From Candidatus Uhrbacteria bacterium CG_4_9_14_3_um_filter_50_9 (lineage in GTDB: Bacteria > Patescibacteriota > Patescibacteriia > UBA9934 > GWF2-40-263): DNA of 64,000 nucleotides. Under the pieces are notes generated by a model. That model did no database searches, was not told the origin of the DNA, and saw only the letters and a program-made list of their open reading frames with translations. Shown piece by piece: positions 8,866-16,136 of this stretch. The DNA lies in assembly GCA_002791295.1 (NCBI GenBank), contig PFWU01000049.1, forward strand, positions 47,350 to 111,349. The letters run 5' to 3'. A program made the position numbers and the translations under genes. Each line of letters starts with the position of its first letter. Position 1 is the first letter of the stretch.

Positions 8866-9564
8866 ATGCAGGACTTGTCAATAAAACATCAATTCCTTGA
8901 ATCGCTTTTTCCACGATTTTGTATTGGATGCAACCGTGAGGGCATGCATTGGTGTCACGGGTGTGCAAGCCGTTGGATGCCAGAGCCCCTTTCTGCTCGT
9001 TGTCCGTTTTGTCATCGCTTGGGAAGCGATCGTGTGTGCGGTGCATGTAGATCAGAAGTCTATCTTGATGGTGTGAGTGCGCTCGCACCTTACGGGAATC
9101 CTGTCGTGCGCAAGGCTCTTCAGACCTGGAAGTATGATGGAGATCGTGAAATTGAAAAGGTGTTACAGCAGTGGTTGACTGCGGGTGCTGCGCACATAAC
9201 GCCTCCGCTTGCGCCGTTTCATGCCTGTGCCGTTCCGCTTCACGAGGGGAAACAGCGCCAGAGAGGCTTTGATCAGGCAGACGTCGTTGCACAGTGGGCA
9301 AGTGGGTTGTATGGCATTCCACACACGTCACTTTTGGTGCGCAAGACAAAGACAGCTTCACAAGCCAAACGGGCTGGTGGATCAAGACAGGTGGGGGAGC
9401 TCGACGGTGTGTTTCACATCCGCCGAGATGTGGCTGTTCCAGAACACGTACTCCTCTGTGACGATGTGTTCACAAGCGGGGCAACCATCGATGCCGCCGC
9501 TCGTACGCTCAAAGAGGCCGGAGCCAAACAGGTCTGGGGTTGGGTGATTGCGAGGGGACGATAA
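8866..9564 (+). CDS. comFC: ComF-family protein (ComFC-like phosphoribosyltransferase-domain competence protein)
   Basis: N-terminal 4-Cys zinc finger (CIGC...CHGC / CPFC...CGAC) and a C-terminal PRTase motif VLLCDDVFTSGATI. Confidence 0.8.
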   Translation: MQDLSIKHQFLESLFPRFCIGCNREGMHWCHGCASRWMPEPLSARCPFCHRLGSDRVCGACRSEVYLDGVSALAPYGNPVVRKALQTWKYDGDREIEKVLQQWLTAGAAHITPPLAPFHACAVPLHEGKQRQRGFDQADVVAQWASGLYGIPHTSLLVRKTKTASQAKRAGGSRQVGELDGVFHIRRDVAVPEHVLLCDDVFTSGATIDAAARTLKEAGAKQVWGWVIARGR

Positions 9565-9582
9565 GCTCATTTCAGTAATACT

Positions 9583-10338
9583 ATGATGACAATAAAAAGA
9601 CATTCACACGAGGAGCGCATAAAGGTGGCTGAGGCACTCTTACCAAAAATTAAAGAACGGTTTGGCGAAAGCCTGGTGGCCATCGCCGTTCGTGGCTCCA
9701 CAGCAAAAAAGACTGACGGTCCATACTCTGATTTGGAGCTGTTTGCGTTTATTACATCCATGACCAACGGAGAACGTTATGGAAAGCTACGAAAGATTGT
9801 TGACGGATTATTGATTGAGATTATTTGGGTCACGCCGGAAAACTACATTCGTGAGGTCAAAGAAATTTCTCGAGCCTGGTTTGGAAGTGGTGCTGATTAT
9901 TTATTCCCTCTCTATAACAAAGAAAAAATAGACGAGTTGAATGCGTTTGTCCCCATAGATGCCGAGAAGAAGTGCCTCGATCAAGCCGCCGCTCTTTGGG
10001 ATCATGTGCAAGAAGCTGCAACAAAAGTACTCAATGCATCAGAGGCCAAAAATAGTTCCGGAATGCCTCTTGTTATGGGTGACCTGTTCAGTAATCTGCT
10101 GAAGATGGTTTCGTTTTTTAATGCCAAACCCTACACGACATTCGCTCAACTCATTGTCGAATCTAAACAGATGTCCTATCGCCCTGAGGGTTTTGATGAG
10201 CTTACGAATTTGGTTGTAGATGGTAAGTACACAGAATTTGTAAACATCTCGACTCTTGTCCTGAGCGTGATGACTGAATTTGAGGAACGTCTTCTTGGTC
10301 ATGGGTACACGTTGCAGCACTCCAGTTTTGAGTTTTAG
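9583..10338 (+). CDS. Aminoglycoside 4'-nucleotidyltransferase-like (kanamycin nucleotidyltransferase, ANT(4') family) protein
   Basis: 251 aa; the N-terminus HEERIKVAEALLPKIKERFGESLVAIAVRGSTAKKTDGPYSDLELFAF closely parallels the KNTase/ANT(4')-Ia nucleotidyltransferase domain (GS...DGPYSDIE), and a helical KNTase_C-like C-terminal half follows. Confidence 0.75.
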   Translation: MMTIKRHSHEERIKVAEALLPKIKERFGESLVAIAVRGSTAKKTDGPYSDLELFAFITSMTNGERYGKLRKIVDGLLIEIIWVTPENYIREVKEISRAWFGSGADYLFPLYNKEKIDELNAFVPIDAEKKCLDQAAALWDHVQEAATKVLNASEAKNSSGMPLVMGDLFSNLLKMVSFFNAKPYTTFAQLIVESKQMSYRPEGFDELTNLVVDGKYTEFVNISTLVLSVMTEFEERLLGHGYTLQHSSFEF

Positions 10339-10472
10339 ATCTAGATAATGCTTGAGTTGTTTGTTGAGAAATTTTCATTCTGACCCACTTTTTAAATAGA
10401 CATTTCTGGAAGGAAGATCCTCGTATCTGTTAGATGGTGATTTTGAGGCACATGGATCAAGATTTGTTTGAT

Positions 10473-11105
10473 TTACTGTCGCATTCCGCAGTTGGTGCAG
10501 AGCAATGCACGATTCATGTCGCTTCCTGTGAATAAGAGACGGTACATGCTTTTTCTCATTTCTAAAATGAAGAACAAAATGACCCAAATGCCGCCGACTA
10601 TAGTGGTGAGATAGAAAGAAATCGGTGAACTTATGACAAGCGAAATTACAAGAAATATAAGCGCGGCAACCGAAGAAACTGCCAGAAGTATAGAGATAAC
10701 CTTAACCCAAATTGGGTAACTCCACTTTCGGATAAATTTGTGCCCCTTACACTGTCGACAACTTTCTTTTAGCTCCTGAACCTCTTGAAGTTGCTGAGTG
10801 TGTCCACAAAGTTTACAGAGAAACGGTGTTTGGCTAAAAACCAGAATATTGATCAAAAAACTTAGCGCCAATCCAGCGGAAAATAATGGTACGAATCCAA
10901 AGGAGATATTTAATCCGGTTTGTGGTTCGATCACGAGATAAAACAATACTGTGACGACAATCCCCACAAAAAATGTCCACCGAAGAAATGGAATCCATGG
11001 ATCGGTCGGAATCATCAAGCTTTCTAACTGTGTGGCGTTTGGCTTTGTCTTAATCGGATTATTACCGCAATGTTCACATTTCATACGTTTACGAGTTAGG
11101 TTCAT
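10473..11105 (-). CDS. Membrane protein with N- and C-terminal zinc-ribbon CxxC pairs
   Basis: 210 aa; CEHCGN at the N-terminus, CKLCGH...CRQCKGH in the middle, CTNCGM at the C-terminus; 4-5 hydrophobic helices. Confidence 0.5.
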   Translation of the reverse strand: MNLTRKRMKCEHCGNNPIKTKPNATQLESLMIPTDPWIPFLRWTFFVGIVVTVLFYLVIEPQTGLNISFGFVPLFSAGLALSFLINILVFSQTPFLCKLCGHTQQLQEVQELKESCRQCKGHKFIRKWSYPIWVKVISILLAVSSVAALIFLVISLVISSPISFYLTTIVGGIWVILFFILEMRKSMYRLLFTGSDMNRALLCTNCGMRQ

Positions 11106-11148
11106 TGCATGTATTCTATCTTATCAAAACAACCCCGCGAAGGGTTGT

Positions 11149-11384
11149 TTACACGAAACGTTTGTTTCTAAATGCCTGTCCTGATCCCGATTTCAAGTAT
11201 TGTTCAAATCGACGAGCCTGGATTCTTGATGGAAACGCACAGTACCAAATAAGAGTGAGTGGGCGTAAGTCTTTTGTGTATTCAGATTTCCCGGATTCAT
11301 GTTCATCGACTCTTCGTTTCAAATCCGTGTACATCCCGTGTAAACAGAATCATTCGAGAGTTTTAAGAGGTAGACGTAGTACAT
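11149..11384 (-). pseudogene. GIY-YIG nuclease family small protein, interrupted by a -1 frameshift
   Basis: One frame gives the N-terminal MYYVYLLKLSNDSVYTGCT (GIY-YIG motif). The -1 frame continues TDLKRRVDEHESGKSEYTKDLRPLTLIWYCAFPSRIQARRFEQYLKS, matching the C-terminal half of small GIY-YIG proteins. The frames join at tgtacacggatt, where a single-nucleotide deletion is implied. Confidence 0.55.
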
Positions 11385-11503
11385 ACTTGACCAGAAGTTC
11401 ATTGAAGCTTCAGTTGGCTGTGGGATTGTTCTGTGTCTGGCCGCAGGCCACCCATAGCTTCAACAGGAAACGATACGTCACCCTACGCTAAAGCTTCGGG
11501 TGA

Positions 11504-11548
11504 CACCCGTCGCTTCAACAACTAACTATGCTGTTGAAGCGACGGGTG
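11504..11548 (-). terminator. 17-bp perfect hairpin immediately 3' of tRNA-Ser(GCT) (terminator or processing hairpin)
   Basis: cacccgtcgcttcaaca / tgttgaagcgacgggtg with a 11-nt loop. It overlaps the CCA end of the minus-strand tRNA and has no strong U-run. Confidence 0.4.
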
Positions 11549-11639
11549 GCGGAGAGGGAGGGATTCGAACCCTCGCGCCGGGTAAACCCGACCTACAGGA
11601 TTAGCAATCCCGCCCCTTCAGCCTCTTGGGTACCTCTCC
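11547..11639 (-). tRNA. tRNA-Ser (anticodon GCT), class II with long variable arm, CCA encoded
   Basis: The reverse complement reads GGAGAGGTACCCAAGAGGCTGAAGGGGCGGGATTGCTAATCCTGTAGGTCGGGTTTACCCGGCGCGAGGGTTCGAATCCCTCCCTCTCCGCCA. 7-bp acceptor stem, anticodon loop TTGCTAA, T-loop GTTCGAATC. Confidence 0.85.
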
Positions 11640-11642
11640 GTG

Positions 11643-11770
11643 GTAAACGATCCAGAATTGGTGATCTGCTTGTGCTTCGGCTGAACGTCGCCTCACGGTA
11701 GGATTTACCTACCGCTCGACGACGTTCAGCCTCCAGCACGGCGTAGCTCACTCAATTCTGAATCGTTTAC
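11643..11770 (-). ncRNA. Conserved structured RNA element (copy A, ~128 nt) directly 5' of tRNA-Ser(GCT); unclassified
   Basis: A 17-bp closing stem (gtaaacgattcagaatt / aattctggatcgtttac) encloses a second long stem and a hairpin with loop TAAAT. Three copies in the window maintain the helices by compensatory substitutions. Copy A ends 3 nt before the tRNA 5' end. Confidence 0.6.
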
Positions 11771-11785
11771 ATTCGATTTGTTTTT

Positions 11786-11877
<92 letters not shown>

Positions 11878-11881
11878 CTAG

Positions 11882-12010
11882 GTAAAACGTCCAGGATTAC
11901 ACCATCTGCTTGTGCTTCGGTTGAACGTCGCCTCACGGTAGGATTTACCTACCGCTCGACGACTTTCAGCCTCCAGCACAGCGCATCTGGCGCAATCCTG
12001 AACGTTTTAC
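11882..12010 (-). ncRNA. Conserved structured RNA element (copy B, ~129 nt) directly 5' of tRNA-Ser(TGA); unclassified
   Basis: Closing stem gtaaaacgtccaggatt / aatcctgaacgttttac. The interior is nearly identical to copy A. It ends 4 nt before the tRNA 5' end. The arrangement is elementB-tRNA-elementA-tRNA on the minus strand, so a polycistronic transcript is likely. Confidence 0.6.
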
Positions 12011-12150
12011 ATTCGATTTATATTCGCTTTGTGGATCCTATTTTCATTGGACGTGGGGTAGAATACTTTAAAACAGGGGAAAGTTCAAGAGGGCCCTAAG
12101 TGCTGTACACAGCTGTCTTTTGACAGAAAACATGATAAACTAGAGCCACT

Positions 12151-12648
12151 ATGGCAGAGGAACAGCTTCAAGTTGATATCGGCCGACCGGTCCTTGAGTG
12201 GGAGGTCGACGAATATCCAAAGCATGATCGATCAAAATATTGGTACATTATTGGAGCCGTGGTTGGTGTCTTCCTTGTCATCTACGCCATTTCCACAGCC
12301 AACTTTTTGTTTGCGGTCATTATTCTGATGTTGGGGATCGTGACGCTTCTTTCTACGTTTCTTCCACCGGATCGTATCGTTGTTATTGTCACGACCACCG
12401 GTGTTGTCGTGGGTGATATGTATTATGACTACGAGGCGATTCGTGACTTCTCCATTGCGTATGATCCTCCAGAGGTAAAGTACTTGTATCTTGAGTTCCA
12501 TTCTCCATGGCAGCCACTCATTTCCATTCCTCTCGAAGAAATGGATCCAAATGCCATTCGTGAGAATCTCCTTCCATTCTGTTTCGAAAACCTCGACCGT
12601 ACGGAGGAAAGCTTGACTGATGTCATGCGAAGGATGTATAAACTCTGA
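12151..12648 (+). CDS. Hypothetical membrane protein
   Basis: 165 aa with two hydrophobic helices (YWYIIGAVVGVFLVIYAI, LFAVIILMLGIVTLLSTFL). Confidence 0.5.
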   Translation: MAEEQLQVDIGRPVLEWEVDEYPKHDRSKYWYIIGAVVGVFLVIYAISTANFLFAVIILMLGIVTLLSTFLPPDRIVVIVTTTGVVVGDMYYDYEAIRDFSIAYDPPEVKYLYLEFHSPWQPLISIPLEEMDPNAIRENLLPFCFENLDRTEESLTDVMRRMYKL

Positions 12649-12655
12649 CGAACGA

Positions 12656-12720
12656 ACGTGCATGTAGCGAACGTACATGTAGCGAACGTACATGTAGCGA
12701 ACGTACATGTAGCGAACGTA
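12656..12720 (+). repeat. Tandem direct repeat, 15-nt unit acgtacatgtagcga x ~4.3
   Basis: Perfect head-to-tail copies starting immediately after the stop codon at 12646-12648. The last partial unit merges into the 5' arm of element copy C. Each unit contains the palindrome tacatgta. Confidence 0.8.
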
Positions 12721-12847
12721 AAACGTTCAGGATTGCGTCAGATGCGCCGCTCTGCAGGGAGGAAAGTTCGTGAGACGTGGGCAAATCCCACGTCGAGCGA
12801 ATTTCCGACCGAAGAGCAAGCAGATGGTGTAATCCTGGACGTTTTAC
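12718..12847 (+). ncRNA. Conserved structured RNA element (copy C, 130 nt) directly 5' of tRNA-Arg; unclassified
   Basis: Closing stem gtaaaacgttcaggatt / aatcctggacgttttac. The internal stem ggaaagttcg / cgaatttcc and the hairpin gacgtggg-CAAAT-cccacgtc differ in sequence from copies A and B but keep the same pairing (covariation). Conserved linkers are cagatgcgc and caagcagatggtgt. Confidence 0.6.
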
Positions 12848-12850
12848 TCT

Positions 12851-12927
12851 GTACCCGTAGCTCAGTTGGATAGAGCGTCAGCTTGCGGAGCTGAAGGTCG
12901 CAGGTTCGAGCCCCGCCGGGTACACCA
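12851..12927 (+). tRNA. tRNA-Arg (anticodon read as GCG), CCA encoded
   Basis: GTACCCGTAGCTCAGTTGGATAGAGCGTCAGCTTGCGGAGCTGAAGGTCGCAGGTTCGAGCCCCGCCGGGTACACCA. Anticodon stem TCAGC/GCTGA with loop TTGCGGA. The T-stem has one A-C mismatch. Confidence 0.75.
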
Positions 12928-12930
12928 CCA

Positions 12931-12958
12931 ATAAACACCAGCACGACTGGTGTTTTTT
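12931..12958 (+). terminator. Rho-independent terminator after tRNA-Arg
   Basis: aacaccag-cacgac-ctggtgtt followed by tttttt. Confidence 0.7.
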
Positions 12959-12960
12959 GG

Positions 12961-12989
12961 TTGACAAAGAGAGGTTAGGGTTGTAGTGT
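12961..12989 (+). promoter_or_regulatory. Sigma70-like promoter (TTGACA-17-TAGTGT) driving the high-GC ORF
   Basis: TTGACA at 12961-12966, a 17-nt spacer, then TAGTGT. An AGGAGG RBS lies 5 nt before the ATG at 13025. Confidence 0.4.
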
Positions 12990-13024
12990 CCTTGCTCATC
13001 TTCCATCTGCTACAGGAGGTCAGG

Positions 13025-13426
13025 ATGCACACCGGTGAGAAGATCAAGGCACTGTTCGGTCGGTTCAAGGGCCAGTTGCCCAGTCAGGAGGAGACAGGGT
13101 TCGTGTCCGTTCCATTCAGGGAAGAATACGCATTCCTCTGGATCTTCAAGAGAACACGGGTAAGCTGGCTCTGGATCATGGAGCTCGATGATCTCTGGCA
13201 CGTGGTCGTGGCACCAGCCCTTCCGCTCCAGCCGGTTTTCATGGGTGCCGTCATCAGTGTGGACTACAGCAAGATCGATGGGAGAGGGCAGAAAGCCTGG
13301 GACTCGGCCTACCAACGGTATCGTCTGTATGAGAGGTTGGAGGACGAAGTGATCAAGGCTTACGCAAGGAGTATCGACCTCGCTTACGATGAGCACATGC
13401 GTGTCGAAAGAGAGGTCAGCGCATAA
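13025..13426 (+). CDS. Hypothetical protein encoded in a high-GC (~62 %) single-gene island
   Basis: ATG at 13025 is preceded by AGGAGG. The ORF track begins at a GTG at 12986, which is probably an over-extension. The coding GC is far above flanking DNA. It is followed by an intrinsic terminator. The antisense ORF 13010..13507 is judged spurious. No recognisable family. Confidence 0.5.
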   Translation: MHTGEKIKALFGRFKGQLPSQEETGFVSVPFREEYAFLWIFKRTRVSWLWIMELDDLWHVVVAPALPLQPVFMGAVISVDYSKIDGRGQKAWDSAYQRYRLYERLEDEVIKAYARSIDLAYDEHMRVEREVSA

Positions 13427-13451
13427 CACCAGACGCATCTGGTGTTTTTCA
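13427..13451 (+). terminator. Rho-independent terminator, near-duplicate of the tRNA-Arg terminator
   Basis: acaccag-acgcat-ctggtgt followed by ttttt. Same stem as 12931-12958 with a different loop. Confidence 0.7.
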
Positions 13452-13495
13452 ATTGTCTGGGTTTTTTGATTTTCGAGTGTTAAGATGCCCCTACT

Positions 13496-15541
13496 ATGGC
13501 CATTCACTTAGGATCGTCCGTCTCTGAACTTCCTGGCATTGGAGGGAAAGCAGTTACAGACCTCAAAAACCTCGGGGTTACGTCTGTGCGGGATCTTTTG
13601 TGGTATGTGCCGTTTCGATATGATGATTTTTCGGTGATTCGTGGAGCCGGCGAGGTGCGAGCAGGGGAGACCGTGACTGTGATTGGGACCGTACAGTCGA
13701 TTCGTTCACGACCAGCGAAAAGTCGGAATCTTAAAATCATTGATGGAATTATTCAGGATGAAACAGGTGAGTTGAAAGTCACGTGGTTTAATCAGTCGTA
13801 TCTTGAGCAATCACTCCCACCTGGGACGAAGGTGTCCGTGGCAGGTGAGGTGAATAACAAGTACGGGTTGTCTATGACGAACCCTGTGATTGAGAAGCAT
13901 CAAGTAGGTGTACACACAGGGCGCATTGTGCCGGTGTATGGGCTCACAGGTTCACTCACAATGAAGCGTCTTCGTTCTGCCATGAACGTCGCGCTTCCAG
14001 CCGCAAGTGAGTTTCCTGATTGGATGCCAGGGGACATTGTGTCGACAGAGCGTCTGCCGTCCCTGCCACAGGCACTCAAAGCGATACACTTTCCTGATTC
14101 ACGAAAGGATCTTGAGACCGCTATTGAGCGACTTAAGTTTGATGAGTTGTTTTTGCACCAGCTCATGTTTGCACATGTTCGAAGCGAACGAGCGTTTAAG
14201 CGTGCGGCAGAGATTGAGCTCAATGAAGTTTTTTTGAAAGCGTTTGTCGGTGGGTTACCGTTTACGCTTACCAGCGCACAAAAGAAAGCCGTGTGGGAGA
14301 TTGTGCAGGACATGGCAAAACCACACCCAATGAACCGCTTACTTGAGGGGGATGTGGGGTCGGGTAAAACCGTCGTGTCTGCGGCAGCCGCAGCGAGTGT
14401 GCTTCGTGTGGGTCAGCGGGTTGTGTACCTGGCGCCGACGGAGATTCTCGCAACCCAGCAGCACCAGGCCTTTGTGAAGTTTTTGAATCAGCCCGTCGCA
14501 CTCTTGACGCGTTCACAACAGAAGTTGGGGGAGGAAGAAGTGTCCAAGAGTGATTTAATTGAACAGATTAACACTGGAAACGTTCAGTGCATCGTCGGGA
14601 CGCATGCGCTCTTGCAAGAAAAGGTTCAGCTTGGCGACATTGGCCTCATCATCATCGACGAGCAGCATCGTTTTGGCGTGGAGCAGCGACATGCGCTTTT
14701 AGATCACGACCCAGCACCACACCTCCTCTCTATGACGGCAACGCCGATTCCACGCTCACTGGCTCTCACGGTTTACGGAGATCTTGAACTTTCAATTCTG
14801 AACGAGATGCCAGCCGGACGAAAGCCGGTGGCAACAGCGGTTGTTCCGCATCATCAGCAAGAGGGGATGTGGAGTCATGTGCGTGCTCAGGTGAAGGAAG
14901 GCCGCCAGGTATTCGTCGTCTGCCCACTCATCGATCCGTCAGACAAGCTTGGAGCGAAGTCCGTGGCGGAAGTGGCAAAGGATCTGAAGAAAGGCCCTCT
15001 TAAGGACGTCACGATTGGGGTCTTGCACGGACGGCTCAAGTCAGACGAGAAAGAACAAGCCATCACAGACTTTCGTGATAACAAAATCGATGTGCTTGTT
15101 TCGACGACGGTCGTGGAGGTTGGAGTCGACATTCCAAATGCGAGCGTCATGGTTATCGTCGGAGCAGAACGTTTTGGCCTCGCGCAGCTTCACCAGCTGA
15201 GGGGACGTGTTGGGCGGTCGGATATTCAAAGCTATTGCTACTTGTTGCCAGGGGAGATGTTGACCGGAAACGGTGAGAGCCGGCTTAAGGCCATGGAAGA
15301 GACGGTAGATGGATTCAAACTAGCCGAAAAAGACCTCGAACTCCGCGGCCCAGGAAACGTCTTCGGAAACGCCCAATCAGGCTTCCCAGACTTCCAATTA
15401 GCGACACCAGCGGACGTCGACCTTATGAAGAAAGCAAGAGACTACACCGTGGAATTATTAGAACAAGATCCACATTTAGAGGGGCACCCATTAGTGGCGG
15501 AAAGAATCGAGAGAGAATTCGAAGCAGTTCATTTAGAGTGA
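13496..15541 (+). CDS. recG: ATP-dependent DNA helicase RecG
   Basis: 681 aa with an N-terminal wedge region, Walker A GDVGSGKT, DEQHRFGV (DEQH), and helicase C motifs (QLRGRVGR). Confidence 0.9.
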   Translation: MAIHLGSSVSELPGIGGKAVTDLKNLGVTSVRDLLWYVPFRYDDFSVIRGAGEVRAGETVTVIGTVQSIRSRPAKSRNLKIIDGIIQDETGELKVTWFNQSYLEQSLPPGTKVSVAGEVNNKYGLSMTNPVIEKHQVGVHTGRIVPVYGLTGSLTMKRLRSAMNVALPAASEFPDWMPGDIVSTERLPSLPQALKAIHFPDSRKDLETAIERLKFDELFLHQLMFAHVRSERAFKRAAEIELNEVFLKAFVGGLPFTLTSAQKKAVWEIVQDMAKPHPMNRLLEGDVGSGKTVVSAAAAASVLRVGQRVVYLAPTEILATQQHQAFVKFLNQPVALLTRSQQKLGEEEVSKSDLIEQINTGNVQCIVGTHALLQEKVQLGDIGLIIIDEQHRFGVEQRHALLDHDPAPHLLSMTATPIPRSLALTVYGDLELSILNEMPAGRKPVATAVVPHHQQEGMWSHVRAQVKEGRQVFVVCPLIDPSDKLGAKSVAEVAKDLKKGPLKDVTIGVLHGRLKSDEKEQAITDFRDNKIDVLVSTTVVEVGVDIPNASVMVIVGAERFGLAQLHQLRGRVGRSDIQSYCYLLPGEMLTGNGESRLKAMEETVDGFKLAEKDLELRGPGNVFGNAQSGFPDFQLATPADVDLMKKARDYTVELLEQDPHLEGHPLVAERIEREFEAVHLE

Positions 15542-15550
15542 TTTTCGGTA

Positions 15551-15579
15551 CCTTCCTAATCAGGAGGGTTTTTCTTTTT
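15551..15579 (+). terminator. Rho-independent terminator after recG
   Basis: ccttcct-aatc-aggaggg followed by tttttctttttg. Confidence 0.5.
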
Positions 15580-15623
15580 GTCACACATTGATCGATTCGT
15601 GCATAGTACTTGTATAGGCCTAT

Positions 15624-16136
15624 TTGATTATGAATGAACAGGAGAAGAAGCAACTGTTTTCGCGGGAATATTCGGAGCTTTTTGATTTTGTGTATCGCTA
15701 TGTTCGGTATCGTCTTCCGCAGAAGGAGGAGGCTGAGGATTTGGTGTCGGAGGTTTTTTTGCAGGCGTACCACAAGCTGTCGGAGTTTGATCCTATAAAA
15801 GGGGGATTGCGTCAGTGGATGACTGGGATCGCGAAGAACAAGTTGTTGATGCATTGGCGTCGACGGGTTGTGAAGGTTGATTTGGATTCTGTCGGAGAGA
15901 TTACAAATGAAGACGACAAGCAAGCACTTGCATTCCTAGATTCGAAATTACTTGTCGAGAAATTATTGAGTCATGTGTCAGACGACATGAAAGCGTTGTT
16001 AGCATTTCGATATGTAGATGGACTTACGTTTGATGAGATCGCTCAGGTGATCGGGAAGGAAGGAACGGCAGTGCGACAATGTTTCTCTCGGCTTCATAAA
16101 AAGCTTCAGGAGATTTACGAAGAAATTTATGCTTAA
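15624..16136 (+). CDS. RNA polymerase sigma factor, ECF (sigma-24) subfamily
   Basis: 170 aa. Region 2 (FDFVYRYVRYRLPQKEEAEDLVSEVFLQAYHKL) and a region 4 HTH (LTFDEIAQVIGKEGTAVRQCFSR). Confidence 0.8.
   Translation: MIMNEQEKKQLFSREYSELFDFVYRYVRYRLPQKEEAEDLVSEVFLQAYHKLSEFDPIKGGLRQWMTGIAKNKLLMHWRRRVVKVDLDSVGEITNEDDKQALAFLDSKLLVEKLLSHVSDDMKALLAFRYVDGLTFDEIAQVIGKEGTAVRQCFSRLHKKLQEIYEEIYA

Noticed and set aside
12656-12720. Possible CRISPR array (regular short direct repeats)
   Set aside because: The 15-nt units are contiguous with no spacers, and the unit is far shorter than CRISPR repeats. It is a simple tandem duplication.
13010-13507. 165-aa minus-strand ORF antisense to the island gene
   Set aside because: GC-rich DNA yields long ORFs in several frames. 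The plus-strand ORF has a promoter, AGGAGG RBS and terminator, whereas the minus ORF has none and would overlap the recG start.
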